A DNA stretch of 64,000 bases from Schizochytrium sp. TIO01 (GCA_004764695.1 SMSO01000032.1:992001-1056000); one strand, 5' to 3'; positions 23,740-34,461 are shown, numbered from the stretch's first letter. Numbers and translations are program-made. Notes: generated by a model not told the origin, from the letters alone.

Positions 23740-26482
23740 CTAACTCTTGACTTACACTTTGATGATGAAGCACATGACTTTGGGATACATCAACCCCAGG
23801 AGGCGCGTGCGCTATAATGCCAGACTGCTGCTGATCATTGGGGTCCGCTGGGCGTTGCACATCCTGGTCAGTTACGATTGTAGAGGATAGACTAGCTGAA
23901 GAATCTTGCATTATCTCATCCCCATCTTCAAAATCTCCAACTCCTATACCATGCCCGGTATTTCCATCATCACGAAGAACTTCAAAACCACAATCTTTCA
24001 GTTCAACTTGGGCTATCTCCTCATCCCCGGTTGCAAGAGTCCCTGACTGTATCACACCAGTCATGTCTACCCCATCGCCAACTTCAGGGTGCGACCAAAC
24101 TTTGAACTGGAAAGGCGAGGTGCACATGGAAATATCCTGCGCCGTTCGCAACGAGTGCCTATCCCATTCTGGAATCGAAAGCTCAATTTCAGCAGCGCGT
24201 CCAATCCGCATGGATAGTGCTTGCGCCAGCTTGAAGAATGACATGCATGTTTCTCGCAGACGTAATTTGTTATAAACAACTAACTGCACAAAGCTATTGG
24301 GCACACCACCATTCCACGCAAGCGCAGCCGAAAGACCACGTGGTGAAAGAATGCTGCGGAGCTTTCCAGGGACAGATTGCTTTGTAAAACGCTTGAGTTG
24401 GCCTCGGCATTGGGAAAAATGAAGTTCCATAGGATCTTCTTCTTCACCTTGCTCAAAGCGAAGCACACGCTCTACCACGATGGCACCTTGAGCGTTCCAG
24501 AGTGAACTCATCAGTACCAGGTTTATGGATTCTGAGTTTGCTTCACCATCGTACCGAAGTATGACTGACTTGATATGGGGCGCCTCCTTGCCGAGTTGCA
24601 GCAGAAATGCCTCTAAGCATACTCCAATCGTAGCATAAGTTGCATTATTATATACTGGTTCACCAAGAATCTGGTCTGCATAAATCTCGCGTTTCACAGC
24701 GGCATCATCGACCCAATCGTAATATTCGCACTTGAAGGTGTGCCATAAGGTTCCTCCTTCTGAATAAATTGCTTCATCTTCTGATGCCGGTGAGAGTGAA
24801 TGATGATTCCAGCTAGATGTAATGATCGCAGATTGACCCGGGCCTCTCTTTTTTTCAACTTCAATTTTAAGACTTTCCATGAGCTTTTGGACCCGAGACT
24901 GCTGATTCAAGAGTCGAACTTCATGAGCGCAAAACAACGTAAACTTCTCAATGACAGAGGAGAGGGCTGATAAGGCGTCTTCCTTAGCCACAAGCGACTT
25001 TGTTCCTGAGTTCTCGATTCGCTGGCTCACCTCATTCTGCAAAAGATGCATAAAATTGCAAGCGTTACAACGGCCTTGATGGGAGCTATCCGCATCTGAG
25101 GTGTCTTGTTTAGCGAGGGCATAATCAATGTCATGGAAGCCAACAGATTTCTCCTTAAGATCATATTTCTCCTTCACATGAGATTTGAAGAGATGCTTCA
25201 AAAAGTTTTGTAAGATATTGAGGTGATTCAGTATCACCTCGCGATCATCCTTATATTGCTCTGGGATAAAGTCTTTGATTATATGCTCGAGAATAGTACA
25301 TGGATCATCAACTAAGTACCCGGTCCAGGAGTCAACATGCGAGGATGTGTCTGCTTCGTCTGCGCTCCCCCGAGTGATGCGAGCAAGAATTTTGTAAAAA
25401 CTAGAGCGACTGATGGCGTTCTTGGCCTTATCTTCACCTCCACTTCCATATTGTGAAGCATAATCTTCATAAATGCGACATTCGGGTTGACAGCGAACCA
25501 AAAGTGGCAGCTCGACTTCTTCAGTAGGAGAGAGCCGAATTTTCTGCTTACCCCAGGACAGCGGCATTAGATATTTGCTGGAAAGAATGAACCTCAAGGC
25601 AGCCTCAAGGACCTCATGCTTAAACATGATACGGCGAATGATCGGACGATGAAGAACCTCTCCATTTGCCAAGCGCTTAAAGTCTTGGTACGCTTGCTCG
25701 CGGGTACTTGATCCCAGTGTAAGCCCGGTTTCTTTGCGTAGTTGAGTTAAAGTTTTAAGCTGAAAGCCCTTGACCAGAACAGCATGCGCCACACGACGCT
25801 GCACAGTTCGTCGAGGGGATTTCTCGATAATCGTAGCCAGGACATTGGCCACGTTACGGTTCTCTCTCATGGCCCCACGCTCAGACTGGTCACCAATCTT
25901 AATCATTTTTGCTGCTGTTTCATGTGCAAGGTCAGATGCTCCTGCTGGAAAGATAGATCTTGCCATGACCATCATGCCATGGTGGAGAAGCGTTTGCATA
26001 TAATCCCACCCTGCAGGATCATCCATGCGTAGGCACTTATTTTCATTCCTCTGTTCTGCTTTTGGCATTTTTGCCTCTGCATCAGGCTCCCAGCCCAAAA
26101 TTCGTGCAAGTTCTTCTATGCTTAAGCTGGGTGCATCTGCTTCTGGAGTTGGAGAAGCTGCTGCTGTTGCTCTTGTCCCTTGCACGTGACTTTCATTCGC
26201 CAGATCTTCACCTTCATTCACCTCTAGGTCTCTCGCTTCCTCCACATCTACGTCCACATTCCCATTAACATCAACACTTCTATCCACGTTCATAGCCGTA
26301 TTCTCATTTGCATCCACATCTACTTCTCCATTCGCAATTCCCTCGTGAGAAGGCGAACTCGGCTGCAGCGGTGCCTCCAAATCGTCATGCAAGGGCTGTG
26401 GTTGCTGTTGCTGTTGTTCGTGGTGGCCGCCATGATTCCCTTCGGAGCCATCAATATCGTGTGGAAGAATTCGTGCCTCCAT
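23678..26482 (-). CDS. Transposase-derived (degenerate RNase H/DDE-like) protein, 5' part
   Basis: About 934 aa from the ATG at 26482. Contains H..(CNAC) Zn-like residues and motifs resembling degenerate DDE-transposase-like blocks (AIITSSW..., GGTLWH, ILRYDGEANS, EQGEEEDPMELHF). Continues in the +1 frame into 22681..23739. Confidence 0.6.
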   Translation of the reverse strand: MEARILPHDIDGSEGNHGGHHEQQQQQPQPLHDDLEAPLQPSSPSHEGIANGEVDVDANENTAMNVDRSVDVNGNVDVDVEEARDLEVNEGEDLANESHVQGTRATAAASPTPEADAPSLSIEELARILGWEPDAEAKMPKAEQRNENKCLRMDDPAGWDYMQTLLHHGMMVMARSIFPAGASDLAHETAAKMIKIGDQSERGAMRENRNVANVLATIIEKSPRRTVQRRVAHAVLVKGFQLKTLTQLRKETGLTLGSSTREQAYQDFKRLANGEVLHRPIIRRIMFKHEVLEAALRFILSSKYLMPLSWGKQKIRLSPTEEVELPLLVRCQPECRIYEDYASQYGSGGEDKAKNAISRSSFYKILARITRGSADEADTSSHVDSWTGYLVDDPCTILEHIIKDFIPEQYKDDREVILNHLNILQNFLKHLFKSHVKEKYDLKEKSVGFHDIDYALAKQDTSDADSSHQGRCNACNFMHLLQNEVSQRIENSGTKSLVAKEDALSALSSVIEKFTLFCAHEVRLLNQQSRVQKLMESLKIEVEKKRGPGQSAIITSSWNHHSLSPASEDEAIYSEGGTLWHTFKCEYYDWVDDAAVKREIYADQILGEPVYNNATYATIGVCLEAFLLQLGKEAPHIKSVILRYDGEANSESINLVLMSSLWNAQGAIVVERVLRFEQGEEEDPMELHFSQCRGQLKRFTKQSVPGKLRSILSPRGLSAALAWNGGVPNSFVQLVVYNKLRLRETCMSFFKLAQALSMRIGRAAEIELSIPEWDRHSLRTAQDISMCTSPFQFKVWSHPEVGDGVDMTGVIQSGTLATGDEEIAQVELKDCGFEVLRDDGNTGHGIGVGDFEDGDEIMQDSSASLSSTIVTDQDVQRPADPNDQQQSGIIAHAPPGVDVSQSHVLHHQSVSQELGRQTLGRPFAFASGSGTFGG

Positions 26483-27426
26483 CACGCTAGCACCGCACTG
26501 CGACCTACTCGCCACCGATCGCCAATTCCGATTTGATTGTCGTTGCCAATGACAAAGGCATACGATGGCCACTTGCAACTGGTCTTTATGCGCCTTATAG
26601 GCTACAATGAAAGTGATTTATACTACTATTCTCTATTTGTAGAGCCCCCTACAAACAGGCGATAATGACCTTTTCTCTTTTGCTATCGTGGGGAAAAAAA
26701 AAAACTTGAATAGAGCAGAAAAAGATTAAATGAGCTATTTAACGCGATCACATCGCTACATTAAATAGACCTTTTTAAGAGGCTTCCGGGCCGGCACGCA
26801 GACGCTGCGGCGGCTGCCAAGACCCACTTAAGAGCAGTCTGTGCCCTGGCTCCAGGCAATGCGTCTTGCGTGAGTAGCCTTACCTGAGTTCTCCTGAGAG
26901 TCTGATGCGTTATCTTGCGAGGAATAGCCTCAAGACTGCAGTGGGACTCCCCGTTGTGCTGGGAGCGGGGCGCAGTGAAGCCCTATAGTTTGTATTAGGA
27001 AAGAACTAGGGTCAGCGGGGCAAAAATCATCGACACCTCGCGACTCTGGAGACTGAGGCAGACCCGCAATTCCTCAATCCCCGACGCGGACGAGCCACGA
27101 AAGCCCGCGCAGGCGACTCTCGCGAGCGCTGCGGGCGCAAGCCTGCCCCGGAGTCTGGCCTCGCGGGCTCGGCATGAGCTAATCGTGGTCCACTCTCCTT
27201 GCCAGCGCAGTCATTCCTGTCTTCCTCTTGGCGACTTCCAAGGTTCCTTCAAACTCGTCTCCTCGCGACGCCTGGGACTCTCTCGTCACCACCATACACG
27301 ACAACGTTCGCAGGCATATCTAAGGGTGCTGCGAGGTCGAGAATATATATACACAAGAGCTTCTGGGAAACCTGTTGTGGCACGAAGAGAGTTGTAACTT
27401 TCTAAACGATATACTGTAAAAGACAA
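26483..27426. promoter_or_regulatory. Putative bidirectional promoter between divergent genes
   Basis: 944-bp spacer between head-to-head start codons, with a GC/CG-rich core around 27060-27180. Confidence 0.4.
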
Positions 27427-28869
27427 ATGACCGACAAAACAGCTGTGACACAGCGATCTGGCATGCGGACTAGGCGCAGAGCAGCAGTAGAAGATATAGG
27501 GCTGGCTGACAAAGGTACTACTAAGGTGTCACCAGAATCAACATCGTCGAAGTCCAATTCAACTTCTCCCAAAACGTCGGCTCCGAAGGATTTAGACCCG
27601 ACTGAGGAACAAGCTCCACTTCGCAGCAAAAGACAAAGTGAAAGAAGGAAACGTCTAAAAACTCAGCAGGATCAGGAAGATCAGGAACGGGAACAGCAAA
27701 GCCAGCAGCAGGAGGAAACGCAAGATCAGGACCAGCCCAAAGATCAAGAACTTCAGAAACAACAGTCCAGACGTAAATCAGATCGAAGTGTTCCAAAGAG
27801 CGCATCTTTGACATCAAGCAAGAAGATATCAGAATCAAATTCACAGCAAAAAGTAGATACTGAGTTAATTGACGATGGAAGTAGAGAAGAGATTGAGGGA
27901 GGAATTCCGCGCCCCCGTGGAGCAGCCCCCACTGGCAAAATGTGGGACTATCTTCGAGGAGAATGGGTAACGAAGCCTAATTATGATCTCGTTGAGACTG
28001 TATCAGAGCTCTTAAAATTAATCCATGCAGATAGCAATCGCAAACGTCCAAGAGGCGCACCGCCGTCAGGTAAGGTGTGGGACTATGGAACATGCACTTG
28101 GGTAAGCGAGAAGACTTACGTGGACAATTTGCTTGGCAAGGGAAATTCATATGTCGATGAGCTCCGGGAAGAAGCTAGGCAAGCGAAAAGCGCACGAAGT
28201 CTTCGGGTTGGAGCTCCCCGAGGGCGTAAACCTGGTTCCGGTGTGTCACGCATAAAAAAATCAGCAACTTCTACAAAAGGAAATTCAATTCTAAGGACAA
28301 AAGTAACAGGTGACAGTGTCTCTGCGTCTTCTGGAAGGGCGCGCGGCAAGATTGGGCCTCGTCGTCGAAAAGGCATAGATGAAAACACTGTGAGACATAA
28401 GAATCATGACAATAAACATAGGAAACGATCCAGGAGCCAAGACCCATGGGCGCCAGACTTGATTCATCCGGACGCAGAAGAGGCTTCGGAACTTTTCACC
28501 TCTGGATCATCGCTGGTTGATGAGTTGCGACAGATTCAGGAAACTATTGCACAAGAAGAGCGTATTTTCCTTGAAGGAGACCAACGAATCTCGAGTGGCA
28601 ACGTCCTCTTGGGCTGGCCCGGTCTCGGTGCTCGTTTTGAGTCATGGGCAAGCATCAGTGGGCTGATTCCGGGCAATGAAGTTGACGGGGTGGACCTTCC
28701 TACAAGTTTGGACAGCGATGTGGATGTAGATGACATTGGGGACCTCGAAATATCAGATAATTTGACAAATGAGCAAATTGCTTCCTTATTTTCAACACAA
28801 AATGTTCCGATGGATACAGTGCTTAAAACATCACTAGCTTCAGTAGAGAAGGGAAGAAAAATAGCATGA
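27427..28869 (+). CDS. Nuclear protein with two PRGAxPxGKxWD...W repeats and an Eaf6/MEAF6 (NuA4)-like C-terminal domain
   Basis: 480-aa basic, low-complexity ORF. Repeats at 27907-27969 and 28045-28104. LRQIQETIAQEERIFLEG...SGNVLLGW resembles the Eaf6 core (IY..E..YLE...GNII.GW). Confidence 0.65.
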   Translation: MTDKTAVTQRSGMRTRRRAAVEDIGLADKGTTKVSPESTSSKSNSTSPKTSAPKDLDPTEEQAPLRSKRQSERRKRLKTQQDQEDQEREQQSQQQEETQDQDQPKDQELQKQQSRRKSDRSVPKSASLTSSKKISESNSQQKVDTELIDDGSREEIEGGIPRPRGAAPTGKMWDYLRGEWVTKPNYDLVETVSELLKLIHADSNRKRPRGAPPSGKVWDYGTCTWVSEKTYVDNLLGKGNSYVDELREEARQAKSARSLRVGAPRGRKPGSGVSRIKKSATSTKGNSILRTKVTGDSVSASSGRARGKIGPRRRKGIDENTVRHKNHDNKHRKRSRSQDPWAPDLIHPDAEEASELFTSGSSLVDELRQIQETIAQEERIFLEGDQRISSGNVLLGWPGLGARFESWASISGLIPGNEVDGVDLPTSLDSDVDVDDIGDLEISDNLTNEQIASLFSTQNVPMDTVLKTSLASVEKGRKIA

Positions 28870-29416
28870 TGAGTGCAACATGGAGAACAAACAATATATC
28901 AACCAAAGTCAATGTAAAAAATGTAACAGCAATAGGCACAGTCACGTGCAAAAACGATTTTTGATCTCGCCTTGACGTTTGCATTATTTCATCAATGGTT
29001 TCAATAACTTGGCACATTAAACCGTACAGGTCCTCAAGTACTGCAGCCCATGCAGACGAAAGATCTGATGATACAAGATACAGGGTTGGTGCACGACAGC
29101 GGATGTTCTCAAATGTCCAGAGAGTTCCCCAAAAACTCCAATACGTCAGGGAGCCGAACAGCACATGAATAGCCGGAACATATCTCAATGCTACCAAGAG
29201 TGCATGTGCAGATAGGAGAAAGGCGCATGTAGTGCTCAGGTCCTCCCACATGAGTAGATCAATCGTTCTACTACGAAGAGGCCAAGTCTCGTCGCGGAAT
29301 TCCCCTAGCCAGTATAATGGCATACCTTGAGGACGTGACTCAATGTTGCCCGAGTGCCTTCGTTTGAAAGGGCTTTTGCTCCTTGTGCTGGTGTTGGGTA
29401 TCATTGAGGGCACTGC
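28823..29416 (-). CDS. Reticulon-homology domain, probably the 3' part of the CRAL-TRIO gene (+1 frame)
   Basis: TIDLLMWEDLSTTCAFL resembles the reticulon start (DLL.W.D). Two long hydrophobic segments, the second ending LIMLFFFPSL. Overlaps the end of the CRAL-TRIO ORF by about 75 nt. Confidence 0.6.
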   Translation of the reverse strand, partial: AVPSMIPNTSTRSKSPFKRRHSGNIESRPQGMPLYWLGEFRDETWPLRSRTIDLLMWEDLSTTCAFLLSAHALLVALRYVPAIHVLFGSLTYWSFWGTLWTFENIRCRAPTLYLVSSDLSSAWAAVLEDLYGLMCQVIETIDEIMQTSRRDQKSFLHVTVPIAVTFFTLTLVDILFVLHVALIMLFFFPSLLKLVMF

Positions 29417-31628
29417 TTAATTCGCCTCCGCGAGACGCAGAATGTAAGAGTGACCTGTCAGAGCCCATGTACCCCGGGGACGACGGAGTACCTCCTATCG
29501 ATCCAAAACTTGATGACCACCCACGCCCGGAGCCAAACACTGAAAGGGACCTAGGACTCGACATTACATCACCTAATGATGGCCGCAAGCTTACTTCCTC
29601 AAGTTCATGAACAACTCCATCACAGTCACCAAAGGGTTCACCTTGTTTTGAATTATCGTTAGTTGGGTGTTCAGCAGAAGTCGATATATGCTCAGAAGTC
29701 CTCGAGCGATGGCGCGGCTGTAGTGGTGGTGGCAATGGCAAAGAATCTTTGTCCAGGTCGTTTGCGCTAGAGTTACTCTGGTCAAATTGCAAACGCGATA
29801 TAGCCTTAGATTCCTTCATCGCTTCATACAACTCCATGTTTTTCACCTCAATGTCATCATTGTCATCACCACCTATCTCGTCATCAAAATCACCTTCTGA
29901 ATCAAGATCATCCACATTTATGATGCCCAGGTCATCAGCATCACCATCTTCATCAAAATCGCTGTCCTCTGAGTTGTAAAATGTCCTGCTTTGAGTGGTG
30001 GCATTTGTGAAACTTCTAGGTTTAACATTACACTTGACTGTGTAGTTTTTGTGATCTTCATGACTTTTCAATTGTGTATGTTCATCATATTCCTTCTCAT
30101 TATCACCACCGTCGCTATTATACACAAATCTTGTTAGATGGGGTTCAGAATGCCGAAAAGCGATAAGTTCCCGCTCATCTCTGGCAAAATAATGCCAGAA
30201 ATGACAGGGAACAAACGCCAGTCGTTGCGTTTCCTTATCGTCTACAAACTGATCAGAAAGAACGTAAGAACCGAGGTCATCAGCCCCTCTCCCTCCAAGA
30301 TCTGTTGGGACTCTTTCTAAGGGTACGCCGCTACGAACAAACTTCGCGGATGCTTTGGATAGAGACGATGAAGAGTACATATTAATTTTGAGAAGTGTGT
30401 CTGGCTCTACCCACGGTCGGATAGCTCTGAAAAAAGCTTTGAACACGACTGGACAGTGAAGAAAATACACAGCGTGCAGTGAGAATGGATAGTGACGACT
30501 CCACATGGTAAATATACCTGCGAGGCCGTGGTTCACGGCAATACGGAAATCTTTCCAGGTAAGCCCTGAAAAGTCTATGAGTAGAACCTGGGTGGATCGC
30601 GCGCCCATCGCTCGCATGCGTGCTACGAGTGCCTCCTGGTACATGGCAAGGTACTCCATCAAGTCAGCCCTATCAAAGTCTCGAATGGAAGCCTCCAGTT
30701 GACACTCGGAGATTCTTAGCACCAAAATCAGGTGTCCATCATCGTCCATGCCAAGGACACGCATAGGACAAATTCGATTACGAAATGTTCGAATCAGTGG
30801 AAAAGGTCGTTGCAGAATGCGGTCGATGCCATGTTTGCGTCTCCAATGCACACTCCTTGCGATGACCTTTTTCGCAAGCTTCACGCGTGATGGAACGTCA
30901 GACTCATACATTGCTCCCCTGACAAACCGTACAAACCAGTGTTCTGGATATGTTTTGAGGGCCTCGCTTACGAGCGAGTCTTCTTCCCTCAGCTCTACTT
31001 TGGCTGTAAGCCATACCATATCCTCCTCCATAGTCAGGGGGTCCACAAACGGAAATCTTATTCTCCGTCGTCGTCTCCGTTCTTTAGCTTCGCGCATATT
31101 GTCTCCATCACTTTCGTGTCGATTTCTGCCACTGCTGTTCTCAATGGAATGCCCCCGACCTTCTCCAAGATTCACAGCTTTACATGTCTTAAGAACGTCG
31201 TTCTCCACCTGCAAAACACCTCCAAAGTTGGTCTCGAGTTCCTCAGAGGCGTGTTCCGAATTCCTCTGTCGTTCTTGATCTCCTTCACGGACTTGGCATT
31301 GCCTTTGGTCAAGTTCTTCATCAACGCTAGCTTGTGATTCCTCTGCATCAACTCCCTTCATATTTGCCGGTGCCGTATTACCTATTGCTCTTGTCGCCGT
31401 TGCTTGGTCCTCCACTGAGCCTCGCGGGGACGTCGTGGTATATGGGTCGCGGTCCTGATGCGTCCAAGATTTCCGTCTCCACCCGTGCTCCCACGGTCGC
31501 TCGCACTGCCACTCCTTCACTGGGCCTGCCGCTGCTGGCTGAGGTTCAATTTGGTATCTCTGGTAAATCTTATGGTCGCCGATTGAGAAATTGTGGTCAT
31601 CGTTTGCGGAATGAGAATGCGATGTCAT
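29340..31628 (-). CDS. CRAL-TRIO/Sec14-like lipid-binding protein, 5' part
   Basis: 762-aa ORF. WFVRFVRG...WRRKHGID (CRAL-TRIO N-domain), GMDDDGHLILV, LIDFSGL, HYPFSLHAVYFLHCPVVF..F..IRPWVEPDTLLKI and VPTDLGG, followed by an acidic linker. Confidence 0.9.
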   Translation of the reverse strand: MTSHSHSANDDHNFSIGDHKIYQRYQIEPQPAAAGPVKEWQCERPWEHGWRRKSWTHQDRDPYTTTSPRGSVEDQATATRAIGNTAPANMKGVDAEESQASVDEELDQRQCQVREGDQERQRNSEHASEELETNFGGVLQVENDVLKTCKAVNLGEGRGHSIENSSGRNRHESDGDNMREAKERRRRRRIRFPFVDPLTMEEDMVWLTAKVELREEDSLVSEALKTYPEHWFVRFVRGAMYESDVPSRVKLAKKVIARSVHWRRKHGIDRILQRPFPLIRTFRNRICPMRVLGMDDDGHLILVLRISECQLEASIRDFDRADLMEYLAMYQEALVARMRAMGARSTQVLLIDFSGLTWKDFRIAVNHGLAGIFTMWSRHYPFSLHAVYFLHCPVVFKAFFRAIRPWVEPDTLLKINMYSSSSLSKASAKFVRSGVPLERVPTDLGGRGADDLGSYVLSDQFVDDKETQRLAFVPCHFWHYFARDERELIAFRHSEPHLTRFVYNSDGGDNEKEYDEHTQLKSHEDHKNYTVKCNVKPRSFTNATTQSRTFYNSEDSDFDEDGDADDLGIINVDDLDSEGDFDDEIGGDDNDDIEVKNMELYEAMKESKAISRLQFDQSNSSANDLDKDSLPLPPPLQPRHRSRTSEHISTSAEHPTNDNSKQGEPFGDCDGVVHELEEVSLRPSLGDVMSSPRSLSVFGSGRGWSSSFGSIGGTPSSPGYMGSDRSLLHSASRGGELSSALNDTQHQHKEQKPFQTKALGQH

Positions 31629-31866
31629 TGTTTTTTCTCAACTTTTATGGACGAACGAATATTTATTCGTAAATTTATGAGTTTTTTCTTATCACGATAA
31701 ACACCCATTACATCTATGGTCTATAAGAAAGAGAGAAATACGAAATGAATTTATTCATGTTTCCCCTTTGCAAAACACAGAAATAAAAAACTAAAAATAA
31801 GAAGAAAAAAAAAATTAGCGCCGCTGAGCTCAGCCTTCCTTATCTCTTCTACACCACAGGTTGCAG

Positions 31867-32185
31867 ATGATCACTTCATGTCCAGGATGTGCTACGCTGC
31901 AAGAGAAAGCGACTGCAGTTCAGATTTACTCAGAAACAGAAAAGGGAAGGTTGCAGCACATTGGAAAACTATGTACAGGTATGGTTTCGTATCAAGAAAT
32001 GAGGATCCAGCAAAATTGTCGTGAATACATTATATATACTAATGCTACCCTGGCTTGAAGAAGATGCTGCTATAACATCGAAGAAGCTAAATTTACGGGT
32101 TGATTTGGAGAAAAGGATGGAGAATTTTGTGGAAGCTACAGCTCTACATGTTTTAGGGGTGAACGGGATGGCACATGAACGATAA
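31867..32185 (+). CDS. Possible small two-exon gene or gene relic (78 aa, N-terminal CxxC)
   Basis: Removing a putative intron 31979..32060 (G|GTATGG donor, TACTAAT branch-like motif, weak AAG acceptor) joins two short open frames. No recognisable homology. Confidence 0.2.
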
Positions 32186-34461
32186 GAACTTTGCAATTAA
32201 TTCAAGGTGTAAGGTACCCTTCTTCAGTTCAAAGGTGTAGACGAAGACTCATATGGTCCATTTTGCATCTCTAGAAGTGCTGCAACCCTTTGTTTGTACC
32301 AGCGCCTCGTCCAAATAAAGCAATACGATTGACAGGTATGTGAACTCGTGACACGCGTTGATGGAATGCAACGGCATAGTAAATCAATGGGGGCCGTGAG
32401 CAATCACAGCCAATAAACACATCGATCGATCTTGGGCGTTGCGGGTCCACAGTAACTACATGCTGATTTGTTAGCGCGGTGCTGTATTGATTAAGTGCTG
32501 CACGATCAGGAGTTTGATGGTCGCTGTGGAGGCCCACAGCATCGCAGCGAAAACGGGAACGGACCTGTTTACAATTAAAGGACTCGGGAAGTATAATGTC
32601 TTGAAGAGATCTCAAAACAACCTAGATCCTGGCGGGAAATGTGTTTAGGCGGTATATTAAGATGACGATGCTTCTAATTGCACGATCGTTTGCTAACCTG
32701 GTAGCTGGAGAGTCTGCAATCGTAGAAAATATATATCATGATTGTATATTTATTTTTTGTTTATTTTTTAAATAGCTGGAAACCTGCCAAGTGGATTAAT
32801 GTTAATTTCTTATACTTCTTTCAATTTAAATCAAAAGCACAGACTAATGCATTCGGAGGGAAACCAATCTGTTGGCGCTTTTCACAAGGATTGCCGAGTC
32901 AGCTTAGCAAATGTTAAACACAAAGTGAAATAGCATGATGTCTGATCTGTGTAGAGGTGTTGGTGCTGTTGCACGCCATCTAAGGTGAATGATCATTCTG
33001 AGAGACTCAACTAATTACATAGGATATATTATGCATTCAGCCTAAAGACTCTGTATTCATGAGCGAGCGGATTCAGATTAACTTTGGCGAGACAATATTT
33101 TCTGAAAATTAAAACGAAACCATGCATTGTATAGTAGATACAACAACAACGTCAAAAGATTTGTAACGCCTCTTTGGTTATTTTTGGTAGAATATATAGA
33201 TTTTTATTTTTATTTTTATTTAAACTTATTTATTAACTTCTTAATAATAGAAAAATATTAAAAAATTCAAACATCTACATAAATGTAAAATCTGTTGTGA
33301 ATAAAATGAAATATCTCCATAGCTGCTTGTTGCTGATATTCTTCTTTGTAAATGTGCGTGCTGCATTAAAATAAGATATATGCTTCTTTGATCTACCTGC
33401 CTTTTCACTCAGAATTGGCACTTCTCTGTATTTATATTTTCGTTTTCATTCTTTCTAGCCGTGCCGTTACTACCTCGGTACTCATCAATAGAATGCTTCC
33501 TTTATATGAACCCCCTGACTGTAAGCATCTGACAGTCCTGGTGATAACAATATTCTCTTTCTCTCTTTTTCCTGAAATGGATCAGCACAAATTCTCGTAT
33601 GATCAGATGATGCACGCTTCATTCAAAGAAATACCTGAGAAACCAAAGAAAAGTGGATAAAAATCTACTACTACGAGTTCTTCCGTCAAATGCATCATAC
33701 AAACTTTCTCTCTATTCCTACAGCATTTTTTTATACTTATCAAACTCTCGTCCATGCTCATGCCCGTCACATTCCCCTCCTTTGTCTAGCCATGAGACCT
33801 GTGATTAGTGCGTGTCAAAGTTCTATAATTGCTAGCGCTCATCACGATTGTTTTCTCTTTTTCCTACAATGATTAGCTTCAATTTTATCCACTCCAGAAT
33901 GAACTTCTTGTGCATCTGCCGAATATCTACTTGTACCATGTAATACTTCACTTGTAAGCGCCATCTGTACTATCAACTATCCCTCTTGGCAAGTAGAACT
34001 TGGCTCTTTTTAGAATTCCTCGTGATTGAAATAGATACCATAGCAGTATAGTATCACTAATACCCAGGTACTGGAAAACGAAAACAGAGAGAGAGACCCA
34101 AGTTACCTTTACTCTTCGGTTCGTTCAATTACTGCACGAGCATACAAACCCCTTTCGGTGCGGCTTGACATTGAAGCGAGAGCTCGTGCAGCTGCCACTC
34201 TTAACATAGACCCGCTAGAGGCAGCGGGACTTAACGCCTACACTCAATATCAAAGCTTCATAACGCCTCGAAGCTCTGTGGGTTGGTATCTAGATTGGAT
34301 AGCATCAATAAAAGATAAACTCCTGCACGTAGCTAGCAAATCGTGCGACATTTTGAAGCTTGGCGACTCGTCATTCTAGTTGGGGAGCTCGTAGGAGTCC
34401 TCCAAACCCGCACAGAGTTTTATTGTTCGTTTAGAAGAGTTGGATTTTCTATTAGGGCTCC

